A DNA stretch of 64,000 bases from NCBI GenBank assembly GCA_963662315.1, contig OY759353.1:3360001-3424000 (forward strand). Direction: 5' to 3'. Below are positions 40,256-50,564 of this stretch, one piece after another; positions within the stretch are counted from its first letter, which is position 1, and every line of letters begins with the position of its first letter. This DNA is from Geopsychrobacteraceae bacterium (GTDB taxonomy: Bacteria > Desulfobacterota > Desulfuromonadia > Desulfuromonadales > Geopsychrobacteraceae). The notes beneath the pieces are model-generated. The model was not told the origin of the DNA and searched no databases. It saw only the letters and a list, made by a program, of their open reading frames with translations. Both the position numbers and the translations under genes were made by a program.

Positions 40256-41491
40256 ATGAAACCGTCCCTCGGTTTAGATCTCAAGATCGCCGAAATCCTC
40301 AAGCACTATCCAGAAACGCAACGGGTTTTCGAAGCGCACGGCCTTGCCGCGCTGGTCAGTGACGACGGCCAACGTCTGCTCGCCCCATTTTTAACCCTGT
40401 CCACCGCCCTGCGCAGTCGCAATATGGACGCCGCCAGTTTTCTGCGTCTTCTTCAGGAAGCCATAGACCTGGAAGAAACCCTTGAAGCTCCCGGTCTAGA
40501 AGGCTATGACCGCCAGGGGGACCTGACCCTGCTGGCGCTCATGCCCTGTGGCTTAAAGGTTCCGTTCGGCCGGGCAATCACCAGTTTTCTGGAAAAAATT
40601 AAGGTGGAACAAAACCTTCATGTCACCTATGCCGTCGAAGGGAATGTCAATCAGGAGCTGTCCTATTACCCCTATGTCAAAACCCTGCAAAAGATAGAGG
40701 AACTGCCCGACATCATCATTTCAGCCGATTTCAACGCGTTTTACGGGCATGATTTCTACAACAAATTTGTTGCCACTGGTGAACTGTGTGGTTACGGCGT
40801 GCCGGATGCTGGCCCTGCCTTTGCCAAGGCTGGCATCCTCGATCCGAAAAATGACTATTCAGTGTTGGGCATCAACCCTCTGGTTATGGTTGCCAACCTG
40901 GATGAAATCGGTTCCCGGCCACTGCCCATCAGCTGGAAAGACATTCTCGATCCCATGTGGGAACGCAGCCTGATACTGCGCGGTAGTGAGCAATTTTTCT
41001 GCCACGCTGTTTTGCTTCCCATCTATCAGGACTATGGTGAAAAAGGTCTGGAACAGCTGGCGGGCAATGTCCTGCGTGGTCTGCACCCGGCCCAGATGGT
41101 TAAACAGATTGACAGCGGCGCTCCTGGTGCCATCTATGTTATGCCGGAGTTTTTCGCCCACCGGGCCAAAAATCAAGAACGGATCAAAATCATCTGGCCG
41201 GAGGACGGTGCGCTGGCCAGTCCGGTCACCCTGCAGGTCAAAAGATCCCGCATCGAAGAGCTGAAACCGATCCTCGACTACCTGAGTGGCCCACAACTAG
41301 CCCAAGCGTTGATCGGAGCACGCTTCCCGGTCCCGCATCAAAGTGTTGAAGGGGACGTGCAGGGCAAGCCATTGCGTTGGCTTGGTTGGGATTTTCTGCG
41401 CCAGCAGGATCTGTTGACTGTTAACGCAGCTATTGATGAAGTGTTTCTGCCCCTGGTCAAGGAACCATTGAAGCAGGCTGCCGGACAATGA
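40256..41491 (+). CDS. Signal-less ABC binding-protein-like protein with DUF1858-like N-terminus
   Basis: KIAEILKHYPET..F N-terminus; MPCGLK, WPEDGALASP; no signal peptide; AGGAG RBS. Confidence 0.7.
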   Translation: MKPSLGLDLKIAEILKHYPETQRVFEAHGLAALVSDDGQRLLAPFLTLSTALRSRNMDAASFLRLLQEAIDLEETLEAPGLEGYDRQGDLTLLALMPCGLKVPFGRAITSFLEKIKVEQNLHVTYAVEGNVNQELSYYPYVKTLQKIEELPDIIISADFNAFYGHDFYNKFVATGELCGYGVPDAGPAFAKAGILDPKNDYSVLGINPLVMVANLDEIGSRPLPISWKDILDPMWERSLILRGSEQFFCHAVLLPIYQDYGEKGLEQLAGNVLRGLHPAQMVKQIDSGAPGAIYVMPEFFAHRAKNQERIKIIWPEDGALASPVTLQVKRSRIEELKPILDYLSGPQLAQALIGARFPVPHQSVEGDVQGKPLRWLGWDFLRQQDLLTVNAAIDEVFLPLVKEPLKQAAGQ

Positions 41492-42174
41492 AACTGATTA
41501 CCGTTGCCGGACCACCTTCGTGCGGCAAAACATCGATTATCCTGCGCACTGTTGAACCCCTGGTCGCTTCCGGTATGAAAGTCGGCGTTATCAAGTTTGA
41601 CTGCCTGACCAGCGACGACCATTTGCGCTACAGCAAGGCCGGAATTACGGTCAAAACCGGTCTTGCCGGAGGCCTGTGTCCCGACCACTTCTTTATTTCC
41701 AATATTGAGCAGGGGGTGCAATGGGGATTAAGTCAAAACTTTGATCTGCTTATTAGTGAAAGTGCCGGGCTTTGTAATCGGTGCTCTCCGCATATCAAGG
41801 ATGTGTTGGCACTGTGTGTGATTGATCACTTAAGCGGGGTTCATACGCCGCGTAAAATCGGTCCGATGCTGAAAAATTCCGATGTCGTGGTTCTGACCAA
41901 GGGGGATATCGTCTCTCAGGCCGAGCGCGAAGTGTTCGCCTTCCGCGTCCGCCAGGTCAACCCCCATGCCGCGGTGCTGCCGGTCAACGGCCTGACCGGG
42001 CAGGGGAACCTGCTACTGCAACGCCACCTGCTGCAGGCCAATGATACGTCAAGCCTTATTGACATGCGTTTGCGCTTTACCATGCCGGCAGCACTGTGTT
42101 CCTACTGCCTGGGTGAAACGCGCATTGGTCCCGATTGTCAGATCGGCAACATCAAGACCATGGATTTCTCATGA
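41488..42174 (+). CDS. HypB/UreG-like (G3E) GTPase
   Basis: GPPSCGKT, LCPDH, ESAGLCNRC, TKGD, CSYC. Confidence 0.85.
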   Translation: MKLITVAGPPSCGKTSIILRTVEPLVASGMKVGVIKFDCLTSDDHLRYSKAGITVKTGLAGGLCPDHFFISNIEQGVQWGLSQNFDLLISESAGLCNRCSPHIKDVLALCVIDHLSGVHTPRKIGPMLKNSDVVVLTKGDIVSQAEREVFAFRVRQVNPHAAVLPVNGLTGQGNLLLQRHLLQANDTSSLIDMRLRFTMPAALCSYCLGETRIGPDCQIGNIKTMDFS

Positions 42175-43190
42175 ACCATTCCGAATTACTCAATCACCCC
42201 ATTGCCCAGCTGCTGCAGGAGCGTCCTTACCTTGATGATTTTCTGACCGCTCTGGCCATTGCCGTGACCGATTCCGCCCTCCCTTTGGGAGCTCTATTGA
42301 AAATGCAATCCGCTGAGCATCTCAGTGATTACGGTCTTGACCAGGAAACCCTGGTCCAGCAATGTCTCGATTTTTTGATTCAGATGGAGAAATTGCAGAA
42401 ACAGGAGCAGACCGCCATTCGCTCCATCACCATCAAAGCCGGTTTTGACAAAAGCGGCCAGCCCGAACCACAGGACCTGATCCTGCGTGCCGGAGAAGTT
42501 GTTTGTGTCGTCGGCCCGACCGGATCAGGCAAAAGCCGTCTGCTCGCCGATATCGAATGCCTGGCCCAGAAAGACACCCCCTCCGGGCGGCAAGTTCTCA
42601 TTGATGATGCCATTCCCGACGAACAGTTGCGCCTGTCAGGCGAGCGGCAACTGATTGCCCAGTTGTCTCAGAACATGAACTTTGTTATGGATCTCAGCGT
42701 TCGTGAATTCATCACCATGCACGCCGAAAGCCGCCTGGTCAACGACATTGCTGAGCGGGTCGAACAGATCTTTACCACCGCCGTTGACCTGGCAGGAGAA
42801 CCCTTTACCCTGGAAACACCGGTCACGGCTTTGTCCGGTGGCCAGTCACGCGCCCTGATGATCGCCGATGTCGCCTGCCTGAGCGCCTCCCCCATTGTGC
42901 TCATCGACGAAATCGAAAATGCCGGAGTTGATCGATTACGTGCCCTTGACCTCCTGGTCAAAAAGGAAAAGATGGTCCTCATGGCCACCCACGACCCGTT
43001 ACTGGCCCTATCCGGCGATCGGCGTCTGGTTATCCGTAACGGCGGTATTGTCGCCATTATCGAAACCAGCGCGGACGAACGTGCCGGACTGTCCCAACTG
43101 GCTCTGCTTGATGAAAAGCTGGCACGGCTGCGTAATCAGGTTCGACGGGGAGAACGCATCGTTTTTGACCTGCAGCAGTTTGGTTGTTGA
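42171..43190 (+). CDS. ABC-type ATPase with N-terminal extension
   Basis: GPTGSGKS, LSGGQ, IDEIEN, ATHD; ATGA overlap with the GTPase gene. Confidence 0.85.
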   Translation: MNHSELLNHPIAQLLQERPYLDDFLTALAIAVTDSALPLGALLKMQSAEHLSDYGLDQETLVQQCLDFLIQMEKLQKQEQTAIRSITIKAGFDKSGQPEPQDLILRAGEVVCVVGPTGSGKSRLLADIECLAQKDTPSGRQVLIDDAIPDEQLRLSGERQLIAQLSQNMNFVMDLSVREFITMHAESRLVNDIAERVEQIFTTAVDLAGEPFTLETPVTALSGGQSRALMIADVACLSASPIVLIDEIENAGVDRLRALDLLVKKEKMVLMATHDPLLALSGDRRLVIRNGGIVAIIETSADERAGLSQLALLDEKLARLRNQVRRGERIVFDLQQFGC

Positions 43191-43314
43191 GGAGCAACAC
43201 GTACGGCGATAAAATTTTGACATCCGACCAAACGATATATTAGTATCTCCCTTCTTTTAAGCGATTTTCGGCGACTTTTAGTGACGATCTCTAGACTTTT
43301 CAAGGGGGGACAGG

Positions 43315-45429
43315 GTGGGCGACGTCAAATTGTCAAAGCTGACTTACGATCATGTTCGCGAATCGGATAGAGATCAATCTCAAAGCTCTTTCTTTGTCCT
43401 GAAACGCACGGCCACAAATCATGCAACGACCTATATCAGCAAGGGGGTTAAAGCCGTCTTGGGTTATAACCAGCATGATTTTTTCACCAATCCTGCGCTC
43501 TGGTTAAATATTCTTCACCCTGAGGACAAGCCTGTTGTTATGGCCAGCCTGTTCCGATTTAAAGGCGAAGGTCGTCTGGTCCTTACCTATCGGATTATGG
43601 ACAATTACGGGAAATATCGTTGGCTCCGCGATGATGTGAGGATTGTCCAGGTCGCTGGAATCAGCGAGATTATCGGTTGTTGTACCGATGTCACCGATCT
43701 CAAAATTCAGGAAAAAAAGTTCCGGCGTGTCCGTGCCCACTACAGCTATGCACAAAAAATTGCCCGCCTGGGGAGCTGGCATTTTGATATTCATACCCGG
43801 CGCCTGCAATGCTCCGATGAAGTTTTCAATATCTGCCATATGGATATTGGCCAAACACCTTCTTTTATCCAGTTTTACAAGCAGATCCATCCAGAAGATC
43901 GCAGCAAAGTCAAAAGCACTTTTAAGGAAATATACAAACATAAAACCGATCAGGAAGTTGAATATCGTATCAGAATAAAAGATGGCTCGACCCGTTATCT
44001 GCTTCTGCGGACTGGTGTTGAGAAAAATTTTCTAGATATCATTACCGAAATTACCGGTATCGTACTCGATATTACCGACAGGAAAATCTCAGAACTGCAG
44101 CTGCTCGAACAAAAATCTGAATTATCCTATATGGCTTATCACGACGCTTTGACCGGTTTGCCCAACAGAATTCTGTTCGAAGAAATTCTGTGCCGGGAGA
44201 TCAATAAAGCGGCGGAGAAACAACAGCAACTCGGTGTTATGATGGTTGATATTGATAAGTTTAAGAAAATCAATGACACCTATGGACATCACGTTGGTGA
44301 TGCATTGATTCAGGAATTTGCCACCCGCCTGAGCAGCTCGTTGCGTCGCCATGATACGGTATCACGCCTGGCCGGCGATGAATTTGCCATCGTTATCCCC
44401 GGTCCGACCAATCTGGAGGAGTTGTCACTGATTGCGAAGCAAATTCTCGCTTCGTTCAAAGAGCCCTTTTCTGCAGCATATCAGCAATATCTGACTCCCA
44501 GCATTGGTATCAGTATATATCCGAATGATGCCACTGATGCGGACGGCCTGTTGCGTCAGGCTGACGTTGCCATGTATGCCGCGAAAAAGGAACGTAACAG
44601 CTATAAATATTACCTTCCGGAGATGAATGCCACGGCGGAGGATCTGGTATCGTTGGAGAATGATCTGCGTCAGGCTATCAACAAGGATGAGTTGCTGCTT
44701 CACTATCAACCGCAGATTGACATGGAAACAGGTCAACTGATTGGTCTCGAAGCGATCCTGCGCTGGCAGCATCCGACACGGGGTTTGCTTAAAGCAGAGG
44801 ATTTTGTCGCATTGGCTGAAGAATCGGGTTTGATCGCTTCCATCGGCTTCTGGGGGCTGCGCCGGGCCTGTTATCAGTTAAGCGAGTTGAGGCTGAAAAG
44901 TGGCGCGAAATTTCGCATGTGCGTCAATATTTCGATACAGCAATTCATGCAACTCGACTTTATCCACCAGGTGGAAAATCTGCTCGAGGAAACCGGCGTT
45001 GATGCCCGATTTATTGAACTTGAAATCACCGAAAACATCGCCATGCAAAACTTGGAGGAGACAATCCATCAGCTCTCGTGCCTGCGAAAGCTGGGGTTCC
45101 GAATTGCCATTGATGATTTCGGAACCGGATATTCTTCGTTGAACTGTCTCAAACACCTGCCGATTAATACGCTGAAAATTGCTAAAGAGTTCGTTTCCGA
45201 TATCCTGACCGATCAATACGATTTTGTTATCACTGAAACCATACTCTCTTTGGCAAGAACTCTGAATATGGATGTCATTGCAGAAGGCGTTGAAAAGGAA
45301 GAGCAGAAATTGCTGCTGAGTCGCCTTGGCTGCAGATTGGGACAAGGCTACTTTTTCAACCCGCCGATGCTGTATGAAGAGGTTATTGCTTGTTATAAGG
45401 ACAGTGGACACATCCCCTGGCATATTTAA
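43315..45429 (+). CDS. PAS-PAS-GGDEF-EAL c-di-GMP signalling protein
   Basis: HPED PAS motifs, HDALTGLPNR, AGDEF, EAILRW, IDDFGTGYSSL, AEGVE. Confidence 0.93.
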   Translation: MGDVKLSKLTYDHVRESDRDQSQSSFFVLKRTATNHATTYISKGVKAVLGYNQHDFFTNPALWLNILHPEDKPVVMASLFRFKGEGRLVLTYRIMDNYGKYRWLRDDVRIVQVAGISEIIGCCTDVTDLKIQEKKFRRVRAHYSYAQKIARLGSWHFDIHTRRLQCSDEVFNICHMDIGQTPSFIQFYKQIHPEDRSKVKSTFKEIYKHKTDQEVEYRIRIKDGSTRYLLLRTGVEKNFLDIITEITGIVLDITDRKISELQLLEQKSELSYMAYHDALTGLPNRILFEEILCREINKAAEKQQQLGVMMVDIDKFKKINDTYGHHVGDALIQEFATRLSSSLRRHDTVSRLAGDEFAIVIPGPTNLEELSLIAKQILASFKEPFSAAYQQYLTPSIGISIYPNDATDADGLLRQADVAMYAAKKERNSYKYYLPEMNATAEDLVSLENDLRQAINKDELLLHYQPQIDMETGQLIGLEAILRWQHPTRGLLKAEDFVALAEESGLIASIGFWGLRRACYQLSELRLKSGAKFRMCVNISIQQFMQLDFIHQVENLLEETGVDARFIELEITENIAMQNLEETIHQLSCLRKLGFRIAIDDFGTGYSSLNCLKHLPINTLKIAKEFVSDILTDQYDFVITETILSLARTLNMDVIAEGVEKEEQKLLLSRLGCRLGQGYFFNPPMLYEEVIACYKDSGHIPWHI

Positions 45430-45480
45430 CGATTTCGCTTTCACTGCCAAGCTGTCAAAGACTATGTCTGACGCCTGCCC

Positions 45481-46026
45481 CTAAAAAGGGAGCTTTCCCC
45501 GCAGATATTTTCCGCCACTCACGGTCCAGTCAGCAAGGGTGTGCGCGGCACTGCCGGTAATAAAACCAATCAATACCACGCCAATAGCTGCCGGTTGCTG
45601 ATAGGTAAGGTGGACAAATTGCTGCCATAAAACAGCGACCAGGTCAGGGCAGGGGATGCCGCACTGCCGGGTCCCCCAACTTATCACCTGAAGAATACTC
45701 AAAAGCAGAGCCGTAAAGTAGAGCAGCCGCAGCAACGGTGGTATAACCAGGCCGTGGCTGAGCCAGCGACTGCGATGGGGGACAAGCCACATATAGGGGC
45801 GCCAGATCCAGAACAGCGGCCCCCAGCGATTATCAATGGCAGAATCGATATCAAGATCAGGCGAGAACATCAGGCCGGAGAGCAAATGAGCTCCTGCCAG
45901 CAGGGCACAATTGATCCACATCTGCTGGGTCTCAAGCCCCTGGCTATGAAAGTAAAAGTACGTGGGGGGTGCCAGCGCAATGGCACTGGCTACCGTTAAA
46001 ATATCGTGAGTTTTCGCATTCGGCAT
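45481..46026 (-). CDS. DUF2227-like metal-binding membrane protein
   Basis: MP..KTHD, SPDLD, W.PY...PHRS..SHG, H..AD. Confidence 0.8.
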   Translation of the reverse strand: MPNAKTHDILTVASAIALAPPTYFYFHSQGLETQQMWINCALLAGAHLLSGLMFSPDLDIDSAIDNRWGPLFWIWRPYMWLVPHRSRWLSHGLVIPPLLRLLYFTALLLSILQVISWGTRQCGIPCPDLVAVLWQQFVHLTYQQPAAIGVVLIGFITGSAAHTLADWTVSGGKYLRGKLPF

Positions 46027-46103
46027 ATTTCACCATCGTTCTGTCAGAAGAACAAACAGTCGCAACCGACTTTATCCTTCCGTGGTTCCCAAAATCACTA
46101 TTA

Positions 46104-47693
46104 TTAATGCTGAGATTCCTCTCCAGGTTGCCAAAGATAGTTCCAGACCTCGGTCAATGGCTGATTATGCACTTTAAGTATCAGGCGCATATCAACCGGA
46201 ATCTGATTGTCCGGCTCCAGTTTAAAAGCGACCCGCCAGGTCTTTCCATCCTCCAGTTTAACCGCATGGATATCCTTCGCCCTGCCATTTGTGGCACTGA
46301 AGTCTGCTTCTACGGGCAGGCTGGCAGGAAGTTGCGTCAACGGGCCTCCGGAAAAGTCAACAATGAATTGGCGGGTACTGCGCGGTGGGGGATTTTCCAT
46401 TCCGGGAACCGCTCCCCAACCGATGCGGGTCTGTACGACATGGCCCAACACCTGCTGCGGCAGCAGAGCATCAAAACAGGACAGTTTATAACGTATGTGG
46501 ATAGGCTGACCCGCCCGCACCGGTGTGGCACTCACCCAATATGCAACAATGTTGTCGTTGGTTTCCATGCCACTGGGAATCTCCACTAATTCGATTCTGC
46601 CCTTGCCCCAATCATCCAGTGGTTCAACCCACAGGCTGGGACGCTTTTCGTAATGGGCTTCATTATCTTCATAATGGGAGAACTGGCGATCACGCTGTAC
46701 CAGACCGAAACCAACGGGATTTTGAATGACCTGAGATGTCGCCTGCAACTGTTGCGGATTGATCAGCGGGCGCCATATCCATTCCGGCTGCCGGGTCTGT
46801 ATCAGCAAGCCGTCAGAGTCATGGACTTCGGGACGGAAATCATCCGGATTATGGGTTTTATTTTCACCGAAAAAGAACATGCTGGTCAGTGGTGCGATCC
46901 CCAGTTTATGAATTTCGACACGCGGAAACAAACGGGCCTCGACAACCATACTGGTTGGCTGATCCGGGGACACCTCAAAACGATAGGCACCGCTGATGGA
47001 GGGGCTGTCCAGCAGGGCGTAAATGGTTAACCGACGCTCTTGCGCCTGAGGTTTAACCAGCCAGAACTCACGAAACACAGGAAATTCTTCAGCGCCCAGC
47101 GTTGCGGTATTGATGGCAAGACCACGGGCCGACAGGCCGTACCGATGGCCGGCACCAATCAAACGAAAGTATGAGGCCCCCTGAAAGACCAGGAATTCAT
47201 CTTTATAGGAGCTGGAATTAAGGGGGAAGTGAATACGAAAGCCCGCATATCCCAAATGTCTGGCTTTGACTTTTGCCAACGATTTGGCTTCATTGTCAAA
47301 GTTGAACAGGGCAGGATCAAAATCAAATTCTTTTGGTCGCGACTGTTGATCCTCAGCAATAGCGATAGTGACAGGTTCCTTGTACAAAAAGCCTGGGGGA
47401 AACAGTTGGATTTCAAACGGGGAATCGCCTCTCCATAAACTTGCTTCCGGGCGAAAGCGAATTGAGCGATACTGCTGATAGGTCATATTGGCCAGTTCTT
47501 CTGGCACCTGAATGTCTGGTTTTTGGTAGGTTTCTGCTGCGAGCTCTTTCGCCTTTGTCGTCATGCGATCAAACAGGTCAATGCCCTGAGCAAATGCTGG
47601 CTGTTGATTCGCTATGCAGATCAAAACGGCAATGAGCAAGTAGCCCATGCCATGCAAAAGTAACTGTTTCGATGAATGCGTCTCTCTTTTCAT
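46104..47693 (-). CDS. opgG: Osmoregulated periplasmic glucan biosynthesis protein G/D
   Basis: FQGASYFR, YGLSARGLAI, EEFP.FREFW, DDFRPEVHDSDGL, ETNDNIVAYW. Confidence 0.88.
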   Translation of the reverse strand: MKRETHSSKQLLLHGMGYLLIAVLICIANQQPAFAQGIDLFDRMTTKAKELAAETYQKPDIQVPEELANMTYQQYRSIRFRPEASLWRGDSPFEIQLFPPGFLYKEPVTIAIAEDQQSRPKEFDFDPALFNFDNEAKSLAKVKARHLGYAGFRIHFPLNSSSYKDEFLVFQGASYFRLIGAGHRYGLSARGLAINTATLGAEEFPVFREFWLVKPQAQERRLTIYALLDSPSISGAYRFEVSPDQPTSMVVEARLFPRVEIHKLGIAPLTSMFFFGENKTHNPDDFRPEVHDSDGLLIQTRQPEWIWRPLINPQQLQATSQVIQNPVGFGLVQRDRQFSHYEDNEAHYEKRPSLWVEPLDDWGKGRIELVEIPSGMETNDNIVAYWVSATPVRAGQPIHIRYKLSCFDALLPQQVLGHVVQTRIGWGAVPGMENPPPRSTRQFIVDFSGGPLTQLPASLPVEADFSATNGRAKDIHAVKLEDGKTWRVAFKLEPDNQIPVDMRLILKVHNQPLTEVWNYLWQPGEESQH

Positions 47694-48163
47694 TTAGATA
47701 TTCCTTCTGCTTTTCATTTGTGCGGTTGTATTGGCTGTCACTCCTCGGCGTAAAACCGTGACAAGGGTCGGCGCTGTATACAATAATCAGATCCGGAAAG
47801 ATAAACCTGAAAAGCTTTCGAATGGATTTTCGGCACTGTCTTTCCCAACAGACTTTCCGTAGGAAAAGGGTAACCCTATAACCGCCGTATCATGCCATCG
47901 ATAGACCTTTTATTTGATTTTCTATTTAATATCTGATGCGTTATGGATCTTATATTAAAATATTCACCACCTCCAGAAGAAACTGCAGTGTCTCAACGCA
48001 CTAATGCCAATAAATGATCCAGTGCGTTGGTAACCGCAGCGCAAACTGATAGAGTGGAATTTCCAAAGGCGAGCGTGCTATGTTCAACGCCAGAACTGAA
48101 ACATCTTATGCTTATCTTAAAGACCTTTGCCTGTGAAAAACCATAAATCCTCAAGGGGGACAC

Positions 48164-49696
48164 ATGTATAAGTATCTACTCACTTTATTCCTTTATGTTT
48201 TATCCACCACTATTGCCACCGCCCAACCGGTCAAGGTCCTCCTGTACCCGGGCGGAGCTACCGTCTTTGAGCAGCAGACCGTTTCCGCCGGTCAATCTTC
48301 GGTGACCCTCGAATTACCCCAGGTTGCTACACCACAGGCGTTGCGCGCCTCCTTGACTGGGACCTCTCCTGCCGCTATCCGTGAGTTGGAATACCGTTCG
48401 GTGCTGCCTGCAGGCAGTCAGTCTCCGCAGCTTGAAGCAAAAATTCAGGAGTTGGAAAAGACGCTGAAAAAGCTGGAAAATGAACAACGTGCCCATCAAT
48501 TGGCGGTAGTCTACTGGAGTAATCAAAAACCCGATCCTCAGGCCACGCCCGCAGCAGCACAACAGCTGGCAGCAGTCATCATCAGTGAAAGCAACAAGCA
48601 ACTGGATGAAGTCAGCCGGCTGCAACTTGCGCTTGACAAGGTCAAAGACGAACTGAAAGAAGCTCAGCGCCAACTGGCAGAACAAAGCGGCAATAATAAG
48701 CGTGTTTGGCAGGTTGTTATCAGTTTCTCGGCGCCTTTAGCGGCTGATGCGGTTGTTGTCTACAACTATCCAATTCACCAGGCGGGCTGGCACTCTGAAT
48801 ACAATATCAACGCCGTTCCCGCCAGTGCTGCTGTCAACTGGACCTGGGATGCGGTAATCAAACAGACCAGTGGTCTTGATTGGCCCGCTGTGTCCGTGGC
48901 AATTGCGACCAGAGAGCCGGTATTCAGTCTGACCCCACCGGAGAATTATGACTGGAATATTTATCAATATACTGATAACTCTCGATACGCAAAAAGCAGC
49001 AGAGTAACAATGGACGCAGCAGTACCGGAGATGGATTCCCTTGCCAAAAGTGTCGTACCCATGGCCGTCATGGAGCCGGTGCGTAGCGAAGGGCAGATTT
49101 TCGATATGTATGAAATGGGGACACTGACCCTTAAATCGGGACAACCGGTACGCATCAATGTGCGCCAGGGATCCTGGCCTGCTCATTTCAGTTATCTGGT
49201 CAGACCGCAGCAAAGTACCGATGCCTTCCTCATGGCACACATCACTATCGGTAAAGATGTTCCTGCCTTACCGTCTGGAAACGCGGCCATCCAACTGGAA
49301 GGGGTCTATGTTGGCAAACGGCCTTTTTCTTTGACCGAAAAACAGGATATGGACATCAGCTTCGGCAATGATCCGGCCCTGGTGGTTAAAGTCAAAACTG
49401 ATCATGTCGCCGGAGATAAAGGGGTGATCAGTAAAAGTAAAACCTACCAGTGGAACTGGGCAATCAGCTTCATCAACACCAAAACGACGGCTGTTGATTT
49501 AAGAGTCGAAGACAGTTATCCCCACATTGGCCATGATAAAATTGAAGTTGAAGAACTCTTTAGCGAACCGTTGCCAACGAAAAAAGATGACCGGATCAGT
49601 TGGGAGTTCAAGCTTGAGGCAGGGCAGGATAAAATGCTGAAGTATGGTTACCAGATCAGTTATCCCTATGACATGGAGATCAATAAGGGGCGTTAG
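48164..49696 (+). CDS. DUF4139/DUF4140 (MuiA-like) exported protein
   Basis: Signal peptide, V.LYP.GA.V, coiled coil, AGW..Y, QTSGLDW, FG.DP. Confidence 0.8.
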   Translation: MYKYLLTLFLYVLSTTIATAQPVKVLLYPGGATVFEQQTVSAGQSSVTLELPQVATPQALRASLTGTSPAAIRELEYRSVLPAGSQSPQLEAKIQELEKTLKKLENEQRAHQLAVVYWSNQKPDPQATPAAAQQLAAVIISESNKQLDEVSRLQLALDKVKDELKEAQRQLAEQSGNNKRVWQVVISFSAPLAADAVVVYNYPIHQAGWHSEYNINAVPASAAVNWTWDAVIKQTSGLDWPAVSVAIATREPVFSLTPPENYDWNIYQYTDNSRYAKSSRVTMDAAVPEMDSLAKSVVPMAVMEPVRSEGQIFDMYEMGTLTLKSGQPVRINVRQGSWPAHFSYLVRPQQSTDAFLMAHITIGKDVPALPSGNAAIQLEGVYVGKRPFSLTEKQDMDISFGNDPALVVKVKTDHVAGDKGVISKSKTYQWNWAISFINTKTTAVDLRVEDSYPHIGHDKIEVEELFSEPLPTKKDDRISWEFKLEAGQDKMLKYGYQISYPYDMEINKGR

Positions 49697-49955
49697 GATT
49701 ACACCCCGCAGCATAATGAATGCTACGCATGGTCGTTCCACTTTATAGCAATGATCATTGCCTGTTGTTTTTGTCGGGGATGAAGCGTGTGTAGTGCAAT
49801 TATTAGGCTTTTTAAGCCATATATGAATGCATTGCCATCGTCTATCCGGCAATGATATATAATCTGTCTTTCGCACTTATATTATTGTTTTGCTACCACA
49901 CGGGAGGGGGGAGCTAGCCACACAGCTGCGCCCTTTCTTTGCCAAGGGCTATCTC

Positions 49956-50564
49956 ATGATCACTATCTACGATTTAAAACCCAAGTTTCAGAACCTGTTA
50001 CGCCCCATCTGCAATTCATTGGCCGCCAGAGGAATTACAGCAAACCAGGTAACCCTGGCGGCTCTGGCCCTATCCCTGGTCACAGGCTTGTTAATCGTGG
50101 CATTTCACAGGTGGCAAGGGATCTTTCTACTGGTTCCCTTGATATTGTTTATACGCATGGCCCTCAACGCTATTGATGGCATGTTGGCCCGGGAACATAA
50201 CATGGCTTCCCCCCTGGGAGCGCTGCTGAATGAATTGGGGGATGTCATTTCTGATACGGCGATCTATCTCCCCTTTGCTCTGCATCTGAGCAACTCGACA
50301 ATTCTGATTATTCTCTGTGTAATCCTTGCCATCCTCAGTGAAATGACGGGGGTTCTGGCTTGCCAGATCAACTGCCAGCGACGTTATGACGGTCCCATGG
50401 GAAAAAGTGACCGGGCTTTTGTCTTTGGTCTCCTCGGTCTGCTGCTCGCATTTCATGTCGCCATTGATCCATGGCTTCCGGCCCTGTTTGTCATCCTCAA
50501 CCTGTTGCTAATACTGACCATCTATAATCGTGGTAGAAAAGCCCTGCAGGAGTATGAAGCATGA
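49956..50564 (+). CDS. CDP-alcohol phosphatidyltransferase (YnbA-like)
   Basis: IYDLKPKFQNLLRP, NAIDGMLAR...G.LLNELGD..SD, RRYDGPMGKSDRA. Confidence 0.9.
   Translation: MITIYDLKPKFQNLLRPICNSLAARGITANQVTLAALALSLVTGLLIVAFHRWQGIFLLVPLILFIRMALNAIDGMLAREHNMASPLGALLNELGDVISDTAIYLPFALHLSNSTILIILCVILAILSEMTGVLACQINCQRRYDGPMGKSDRAFVFGLLGLLLAFHVAIDPWLPALFVILNLLLILTIYNRGRKALQEYEA

Noticed and set aside
44365..44390. AGDEF variant as a notable degenerate cyclase
   Set aside because: First-position variants of GGDEF are common, and the rest of the domain looks intact
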